From positions 56,544,001-56,608,000 of the forward strand of contig OZ024741.1 in the NCBI GenBank assembly GCA_964016885.1: a stretch of 64,000 bases of DNA. The letters are read 5' to 3'. Position numbers and translations under genes: made by a program. This stretch comes from Eledone cirrhosa. Lineage: Eukaryota. Positions within the stretch are counted from its first letter, which is position 1; every line of letters starts with the position of its first letter. The notes under the pieces are model-generated. The model had not been told where the DNA came from. It saw nothing but the letters and a program-made list of their open reading frames with translations, and made no database searches. This document shows positions 57,660 through 64,000 of this stretch, piece by piece.

Positions 57660-57879
57660 CCCATTAGCATTTACATTACTTCATATATACTATTGTATTT
57701 TCATAGTAATGGCTTTACCTCACATAACTATCTCACATAATATCGAATCTATGTGATTTTGATGTTATCCTTTTGAGAACAATACCTTAACATAAGTATG
57801 AGCAGCTGGTTATGGCTGACTTGAACTGAAAATGGTGAGAGAATTCTGGCCGGATATGGGCGGTTTAAATGCTAAAGGG
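57660..57879. mobile_element. piggyBac-type (TTAA) MITE
   Basis: TTAA-CCCATTAGCATTTA ... TAAATGCTAAAGGG-TTAA. Confidence 0.75.
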
Positions 57880-57962
57880 TTAATGACCAGCCACAGTAAG
57901 ATGTCGGCTATCACTGTCTCAGTAACCAGCAGCGTAAGAGAGACCGCAGGGTGCGAGTAAAC

Positions 57963-58056
<94 letters not shown>

Positions 58057-58570
58057 ATATATATATATATGTATGTATATATATATGATTGTGTGTGTAT
58101 GTATATGTATATGTATATGTATATATGTATATACATAAATGATTGTGTGTGTATGTATATGTATATGTATATATGAATGTATGTATATATATGTGTGTAA
58201 GTGGGTGGGCGGTGTCATGTGTCAATAGCACTTGTAATATTTTGGTTCCATACATCTTTCTACTGAAGTAAATAGGAGACAAAAATATACAAACAAGAAT
58301 TGAATCCATGACATGGCAACAATCTGCTCCCAACGGAGAAGATCTGTAGTGATCGACTGAATAATCAATTGGACGTTTTCTGAAATACGAAATATTGAAC
58401 TTCCAGTTCTGTCTAAACATCAACGAACAGTTGAAATGCTGAACATTTCGAATGGTGACTAAAAATTTACAGCAAAAGTGAAGTATCTCGCCCCCGAATT
58501 GGTGATACAGAAAATGATAATACTAGAGCTGCAACGAAGGAGAAGACAAATGGATGTAATCGCACTTTTC

Positions 58571-58703
<133 letters not shown>

Positions 58704-58724
58704 GTACATGTATATATATATATG

Positions 58725-58781
<57 letters not shown>

Positions 58782-58799
58782 GTAATTATATATATATAC

Positions 58800-58858
<59 letters not shown>

Positions 58859-59055
58859 AATTTTAGCACAGCATCAACAAAGCTTTTGGATGCAGCCAAG
58901 CTAACGAATGCAGTTTCGGTGTGCAGCTAAGCACTCAATAGGGAATAATCCCTAGAGTTATAACATTACGTTTAGACAACTTTGCAAATCAAATACAGCG
59001 ACCGCTAGACGGGCCGCAGTGACCATAGCGACGAAGAAAACCGAACTCAGGAAAA

Positions 59056-61963
59056 AAAGAAGAAATTAAAAGATGGTTAAAAAAGTTCCATATATTTTAT
59101 TATGCGCATTTCGAAAACAACATCAACCTGGGATAAAAATTGTGTTCTCATCAGATAAAATAAGGTAACATGATATGAGGCCTAAAAACACTTGTGAACA
59201 AGAAAGTGTCCAGTCAACATATGACAAAAATATAAGAGAAGAGAAAAAATAAGAAAATGAAGAAAAGGAAAGAAGGAAAAAGGAAAAAGAAATAGAAGAG
59301 AGGAAAAAAGAAAGAAAGAAGGAGAGAGAAAGAGAAAGAGAGAGAGATACTTTTTATCGGGAACGCTGTCAAAAATGGAAAAAAAACAGCTGTGGAAAAA
59401 AGGAAAACCATCCTGGAATTTAACAATGAATATTGGACAAGAGCTGATACTTCCAACAATCTTGACATCACCATGGGTTCGTCGGATTCAGCGCAATTGA
59501 CAGACTTGGTTGGAATTTTCATCTTGAACTCTTTAAATCGGAAAATTCCTCAACTTCGCGGTGGAATATATCGCGATGATGCTCTTTTTACTGTCTTAAA
59601 TTGTAACAAAGTAAACTTTAATATTAATAAGAAAAATATACTTGAACTATTTAAGCATCTTAACCTAAAAATAGAATTTGAGAATAATGATAAATTAGTA
59701 AATTTCCTCGATATATCCCTTAATATAGATACCGGCCTAAGGATAATGAGAACCTAAATTATGTTAACTTTAAATCAAACCACCCTAATAATGTTAAAAC
59801 TGCTATAGTCAGAAGTGTTGAAAAAAGAATTTCTAATTTATCCTCTAATAAACATATCTTCGATGCTAATGCCAACTATTATAATAATTCGTTATCTAGG
59901 GCTGGATATCCAGACAAAATTAAATACACTAAGGAAACTAATCTTGGCAGAACTTATAGTAATGTAGCTAGTTATAAGAATACCAGTAACATAAAGCGGA
60001 TATAAAAATATCCTTTGGTACAACGCTCCCTTCTCTCTTTCACTTATTAGTAATATCCCTAAATTATTTTTAGGGCTTTAGATAACAGCTTCCCCACTTC
60101 ACATATTTATAGCAAGATTTTTAATAAGCATACCATTAAATTCTCATATTCTACTACTTTCAACTTTTCTAAAATTATCTCAAGACATAATTCCAAAATA
60201 TTAAATAATAACTCATATGCATTCAACCATGAGAGTCATAATAATAACACTCTAAGGCCCGACGTCAATGTAAACTCTAGGCAAAATAACATAAATATAA
60301 ATACGTATCTTTGAGGAATGCTTCAAATAGTAATGTAAATCAGGAAACTTTAGCACCTCCTTTAGCTAATTCCACCACTCCAGTTCCTATTATAAATAAT
60401 CCTGGGCCACTGGTAAATAACTCTGTTAATAATCTTAATCGTAAATGCAACTGCCCTATTAGAACTAATTGTCCTCTTAGTAATTTCTGTCTCGATAAAA
60501 ACCTAATATACGAATGTAAAGTGGTAACGAGTACCAATACCTATACCTACATCGGCTCTACTTCTACTTCTTTTAAAGCAAGACTCTATAACCATTCTTC
60601 TACATTTAAATATCCACTTAAAAGGACCAGCACCGCACTCTCAGAACTTATTTGGTCCTTAAAAGACAAAAACATTAATTACGAAATCTATTGGCGTAAA
60701 ATTTGCAACGCTTTACCTTACTCCAATGCTTCTATATCTAGGGATTGTAATTTATGTCTAGCTGAAAAATTTACCATTATCTCGAATTTCAACTCTTTAA
60801 TAAATAGATGTACGGACTTATTTGGTCTCTGTATTCATAAATATTTTAAGACCTTTCACAAAGTATATAGCTAATGTCCCATAACTTATTCTACGAATAA
60901 CGGTTAATTTTTTACACATATATATTTTTACACATATATCTTTTCACACATTTTTTCTCACATATTTCATTATATTCTACAATGTATTAATCCCCTTTTC
61001 TCTGCATTAGTAAGCCTTTCACCTTCTTTCTCTATTGACGTAAATTTTTCGTTCAAACCTTCATAGATTTTGTAAACAATCTATGACGTCACATGTCTTT
61101 CTACGTTTATAAACCTTTCTAGCAATTTCTTTTATTTACTTGTTGATATAAAATAATAATCAAATACTATACCCCACATATATAAATTTTAATAGTAATT
61201 TTTAATTTTGACATAGATAGACTATTCTTATTTTTATTTTTTATTCTAATCTATCTTATTTTATTTTATTTTATTTTATTTTTAAAAAAACCCTTTTTTT
61301 ATAATTATTATAATTATTTTTAATTTAATTTTAATTTTAATTTTAATTTAATTTAATTTAATTTTATTTATTTTATTTTATTAATACATTTTTACACTTT
61401 TTAATCCAATTTTTAGTATTCAAACTCAATATTAAATAATATACCCAGTTTCTATATTCTAGTCCAATAATATTTGTAATATTAGCACATTCACCTCATC
61501 AATTTATTTATTTATTTATTTATTTTTATTATTTTTTTTTAGCGGTTATTCACAGCTGTTTTTCATTTTTGACAGCGTTCCCGATCAAAAGTATCTCTCT
61601 CTCTTTCTCTTTCTCTCTCCTCTTTCTTTCTTTTTTCCTCTCTTCTATTTCTATTTCCTTTTTCCTTCTTCTTTCCTTTTCTTCATTTTTCCTATTTTTT
61701 CTCTTCTCTTATATTTTTGTCATATGGTGACTGGACACTTTCTTGTTCACAAGTGTTTTTAGGCCTCATATCATGTTACCTTATTTTATCTGATGAGAAC
61801 ACAATTTTTATCCCAGGATGATGTTGTTTTCGAAATGCGCATAAAAAAATATATGGAACGTTTTTAACCATCTTTTAATTTCTTCTTTATATATACTCCA
61901 GTTCTACGAACTGTCGAGTGGTACTTATCATAGTTTTATTGTTCTACAACATTACTCACCTCC

Positions 61964-61967
<4 letters not shown>
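59056..61967 (+). mobile_element. 5'-truncated PLE (probably Hydra clade) with inverted 5' pseudo-LTR
   Basis: 59056-59394 is inverted at 61551-61888; RT DITMGSSDSAQLTDLVG, IYRDDAL, VNFLDI; GIY-YIG CNC....CPL...C...LIYEC...YIGST...K.R..NH...CNLCLAEK (60311..60874); HHRs at 59095-59160 (-) and 61784-61849 (+). Confidence 0.92.
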
Positions 61968-62062
<95 letters not shown>

Positions 62063-62820
62063 GTATGTATATATATATATATATATACAGTATATATATA
62101 TATATATACAGTATATGTATATATATATATATATCTACAAGTATAGACATACATATGAGGACGTCCAAGCAATACCAATTTTGCTCATCGATGAAATTAA
62201 TTTATTAGAGCATAATAAATTTATAATTGGGAAATGTAAACAAGATAAAAAAAAATATTTATATATATATATAACATCCCCTCACCACTTTCTTTTGGTC
62301 TCATTAACTTTATTTTGGTCTTGCATCCAACACAATAAGACGCCATCACTTATTCAACCTCTCCTATCACAAAAAATCTACCTCATTTGTAAAATACATC
62401 AATATTTTATTGCTTTTTCAATGTTATCACTTTAATCACCAATGTCACTTAAGTCATTTCTATCTAACCATCACATCAAAACCCCAATATTATTTTTACT
62501 CCATCATCATTTCCCTAATCATCAAAAAAATGACAAAAAAATGTATTCTTTCAATGTTCCAATTTTTTTAGATTTTTATTACACTCTTTCATCTGTACAT
62601 AAACGCTTACACCGCTTTACTCCTAGAATCCCAGACCGCTATATTCTACTCCCTCTCTCTACATATGTATGTAAATATCTTCAACACAACGCAACAGACC
62701 AGTTTGAAAGTCGCACCGAATGCGTGAAAGTTACCCAGATAGTTAACAAGGACTTAAAGTGCTCCAAAGAAATTAACAAGGACTTACCAGAACTAATATA
62801 TATATATATATATATATATA

Positions 62821-63426
62821 CATCAGCTATGCTGATGACACTAAGGTAGCACAGGCAATCAAAAACCCGGCTGACGCTGCCCTTTTACAAGATCTGGATG
62901 CCATATACAAATAGGCGGAAGAAAACAACATGCAGTTTAATACTGCAAATTCCAAGCCCTACAATACAAACTTGCAAACACAAATACAGTAGAACACAGT
63001 TACGCACGACCAGGAGGGACCTATATCCCCGTGTCAAAATCGATACGAGACCTGGGTATAGACATGAGCGATGATGCATCTTTTTCCTCACACATCATGA
63101 AAGTGGCGACAATGTACAGACGACTCGCTGGCTGGATTTTGAGGACTTTCCGGAAAAGAGACCGTGACACCATGTTGACACTATGGAGGACATTTGTCCT
63201 AAGCCGGCTGGACTATTGCTCCCAGTTGTGGTCACCCCATAGTGTCAAACTAACCACGGAGCTTGAGGCAATCCAGCGAAGCTACACCAAGAGGATTGCC
63301 AAGATGAAGGAGATAAGCTACTGGGAGAGGCTAAAAGAACTGAACCTCTACTCCTTGTAACGAAGACGGGAGAGATACGCAATGATCTACACGTGAAAAA
63401 TCCTGGAGGGACTAGCACCAAACTTT

Positions 63427-63430
<4 letters not shown>
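62821..63430 (+). mobile_element. Internal fragment of the same CR1-group LINE family
   Basis: Reverse-complement match to about 11895-12505 (YADDTK...APNFG) with stop codons; (TA)n on both sides. Confidence 0.92.
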
Positions 63431-63492
<62 letters not shown>

Positions 63493-64000
63493 AAGAATAT
63501 TTTCGAAACAGCGAGCGAGTTTGAAATTATAAATGTAAGCTATCGCCGTATTTTGACTAAAAAAATTAAAGAAAATTATTTAGCATGATAGTGGGGTTAA
63601 GAACCCTCGGAGAAATGGAAAAAGATGAGTATTGACGTACATGGGAGTCGAACCCACATCTTTGGTTATATATATGTATGTGTGTGTGTATGTACAAATG
63701 TATGTATATATATATGTGCGTATGTATGTATGAGGTGTGTGGGTGTGTGTGTGTGTTTGTAAGTATGTACTTACGGTTAACCAGTTTTATAATATCTGGC
63801 TATAAATCAAATATCTATCGACTATCATTAATTAAGTCCCCTTTCTATGATGTTAAGCACTTCCGTTTGAAGTATTCAAAGCATCCAGGAAATATCGAGT
63901 TATAGTCGGTTAAAATCACAACATTTACTCAAGTGTGTGGGTAACCGATAAAATGATTAAACGGGTTATGACCATTGTAAAAATTTAGATATCTAATTTG

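Noticed and set aside
58200-58570. Possible host exon in a non-repetitive island
   Set aside because: No recognisable protein motif or convincing splice pair; would need BLASTx or RNA-seq.

Overview
AT-rich eukaryotic (animal) DNA made almost entirely of repeats; I can support no host protein-coding gene. The tRNA-derived SINE families and the very dense (TA)n/(CA)n/(GA)n/(ATGT)n microsatellites suggest an octopod cephalopod (inference from recalled SINE sequences). Contents: a near full-length decayed R4/Dong-type RLE LINE (43.0-47.0 kb, -), a CR1-group LINE with an unusual Myb-like + CCCH 5' ORF (11.5-14.6 kb, -), CRE/RTE/RLE fragments, a cluster of non-autonomous RTE-derived elements sitting in (ATGT)n, a non-autonomous Helitron, hAT/Tc1/piggyBac-type MITEs, and many Penelope-like element (PLE) copies and remnants inserted in (TA)n, often as fold-back inversions. 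Read at RNA level, the PLE material carries about 25 type I hammerhead-ribozyme (HHR) motifs, including a 312-bp tandem array with one HHR per unit (retrozyme-like, 33.0-34.4 kb). A recurring covarying bulged hairpin (ACUC-stem-loop-stem-UY-GAGU) appears about 13 times in otherwise dissimilar PLE-type ends. A 5.5-kb, ~100-bp-unit satellite was amplified from inside a PLE ORF. Most ORF-track entries are microsatellite translations. All coordinates were read by eye and may be off by a few bases.
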